A stretch of 50,906 nt of DNA, from positions 1-50,906 of the forward strand of contig JBBRZD010000001.1 of the NCBI GenBank assembly GCA_038237055.1, given 5' to 3'. Below the pieces are notes generated by a model. The model did no database searches. It was not told the DNA's origin and saw only the letters and a list, made by a program, of their open reading frames with translations. Every line of letters starts with the position of its first letter. Position 1 is the first letter of the stretch. Origin of the DNA: Lysobacterales bacterium. Lineage in GTDB: Bacteria; Pseudomonadota; Gammaproteobacteria; Xanthomonadales; Rhodanobacteraceae. Shown one piece after another: positions 49,350 to 50,906 of the stretch. Both the position numbers and the translations under genes were made by a program.

Positions 49350-50663
49350 ATGACATCACCTACGCTGTTGCAGTCCGACATCGCCGTGCGCCGCGATGCG
49401 GCGCGCGGGCTGGCCGATCCAGGCCGCGTGGCCGAGGCCGAGCACGCTTTCACCACCTTGTTGCGCGATGCGCCGGATGACAGCGATGCATTGAACTATC
49501 TTGCAATCTGCGCGCATGGCCGACGCCAGTTCGATGTAGCAGTGGCGCTGCTCGAGCGCGCGAATCGCGCGCACCCGGATGATGCCGTCACCTTGATCAA
49601 TCTTGGCACGCTGCAGCGCGAGCGGGGGCATCTCGAAGAAGCCTATGCGGCGATGAAGCGGAGCGCTGAACTAGCACCCGACATCTTCGCTTCGCGCCTG
49701 CGCCTGGGCGAAGTGCTGCAGGCGCTGGGGCGTCCCGCCGAGGCGTTGCCGATTTACTTCGGCGCAATTACGGCCGCACAAAACGCGGGAATGTGGCTCA
49801 GCGATGCGACGACCACGCCGCCATTGCGCGCCCTCGTCCAGCATGCGATGCGGTTCGTAGCCAATGGCTGTCGCGATCTGTTCCTGCAGTTGCTGCAACC
49901 CTTGCGTGAACGCCATGGCGCGGCGGCGCTTGTGCGGGTCGAGAAAAGCCTGGCGATCTATCTTGGCAACTTGAAACCCGACTATCCGGATCCGCGTCAA
50001 CGGCCGAAGTTCATGTATTTCCCGGATCTGCCGACGCAGCCTTCGTTCGATCGCGATCTGTTTCCATGGTATGCCGCGCTTGAGGCGCAAACGGCGGTGA
50101 TTCGCGAGGAAATGCTCAGTGCGATGGCCGACGGCAGCGGCTTTGAACCCTTTCTCGGTCACGCCGGGGACCAGCAGATGTTGCAGGACTATCTACGCAG
50201 CGAGCGAGACAATCCGGCCTGGAATGCGTTCTTCTTCTATCGCCACGGTGAGCGTAATGAAGCGAATGCGCTGCGTTGTCCGCGCACCGCCGCCGCACTC
50301 GATGCGGTGCCGTTGTGCCGCATTCGCGAGCATGCACCGGAGGTCTGCTTCTCGGTACTCACACCCGGATCGCACATCATGCTGCATCAAGGCGTGACGA
50401 ATACGCGCCTCGTCACGCATCTGCCGTTGATCGTGCCGGACGACTGCGCATTGGTCGTCGGTGGCGAAACGCATCGCTGGAAGGAAGGCGTCTGTTTCAG
50501 CTTCGACGACACGTTCATGCATGAAGCCTGGAACCGCAGTGCCCACACGCGCGTGGTCGTGTTGATGGACGTCTGGAATCCGTACCTGACCGAGATTGAG
50601 CGAATTGCCGTTACCGAGCTGACCGCGGCAATCGGGGATTTCAATCGCACGGCGGGCGTGTGA
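49350..50663 (+). CDS. TPR-containing aspartyl/asparaginyl beta-hydroxylase (Fe/2OG)
   Basis: N-terminal TPRs; FSVLTPGSHIMLHQG, LVTHLPLIVP, FDDTFMHEAWN, RVVVLMDVWNP. Confidence 0.9.
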   Translation: MTSPTLLQSDIAVRRDAARGLADPGRVAEAEHAFTTLLRDAPDDSDALNYLAICAHGRRQFDVAVALLERANRAHPDDAVTLINLGTLQRERGHLEEAYAAMKRSAELAPDIFASRLRLGEVLQALGRPAEALPIYFGAITAAQNAGMWLSDATTTPPLRALVQHAMRFVANGCRDLFLQLLQPLRERHGAAALVRVEKSLAIYLGNLKPDYPDPRQRPKFMYFPDLPTQPSFDRDLFPWYAALEAQTAVIREEMLSAMADGSGFEPFLGHAGDQQMLQDYLRSERDNPAWNAFFFYRHGERNEANALRCPRTAAALDAVPLCRIREHAPEVCFSVLTPGSHIMLHQGVTNTRLVTHLPLIVPDDCALVVGGETHRWKEGVCFSFDDTFMHEAWNRSAHTRVVVLMDVWNPYLTEIERIAVTELTAAIGDFNRTAGV

Positions 50664-50906
50664 GGCGAGTGGTTTTTGAGAACCCCGCACGATGCAGGGT
50701 CTCAATCTGGTAGCGTTCGCGTTGCCTCAGTTGCGGTATAGCTCACTTGCAGTTCCGCTTGGCACTCAAGCTGTGCAGGCTATTGCGCCGGTGCCTCCCC
50801 ATTTGATCATGTGCTGCACTTCGAAATTGAATTCGCACTTGAGGCTAGGACGATAGACATGACGCCAACGCTTGTTCTTTGGCGGCAATGAATGTTTGAG
50901 GCTTGA

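Noticed and set aside
50859-50891. Tiny ORF MTPTLVLWRQ downstream of the hydroxylase as a possible precursor peptide
   Set aside because: 10 codons, no Asp/Asn/Tyr target residues, weak RBS; unsupported

Overview
High-GC (roughly 60-65%) gammaproteobacterial chromosome segment. Gene content and order (xanthomonadin-type genes, YiiD-hemD-hemX-hemY, rhodanese-secB-gpsA-trmL, ubiJ-ubiB) suggest Xanthomonadales, probably a Rhodanobacteraceae/Dokdonella-like organism (inference). Left to right it holds: partial frmA; a YVTN beta-propeller; a 9-gene xanthomonadin/aryl-polyene-type block (chorismatase, ACP, flavin halogenase, dehydratases, acyltransferase, LolA-like, MMPL) with no ketosynthase, reductase or ligase; an EF-hand protein; a decayed gene; a gluzincin peptidase; uvrD; a Ser/Thr kinase coupled to an ECF sigma factor with a shortened sigma2 region; two tandem membrane-protein paralogs, one internally deleted; then mostly core genes (plsC-like, arfB, ubiB/J, M16 peptidase, SDR, trmL, gpsA, secB, hemDXY, ferredoxin reductase, thioesterase, srkA, acyltransferase, hydrolase, AAA ATPase); and a final TPR-sulfotransferase-like / TPR-Asp/Asn beta-hydroxylase pair. 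I saw no rRNA, tRNA, CRISPR array, transposase or prophage. The best candidates for something unusual are the kinase/truncated-ECF pair, the core-less halogenase pigment cluster, the TPR-modifier pair and a small secreted protein with repeated TonB-box-like motifs. All family calls are by motif recognition, not database search.
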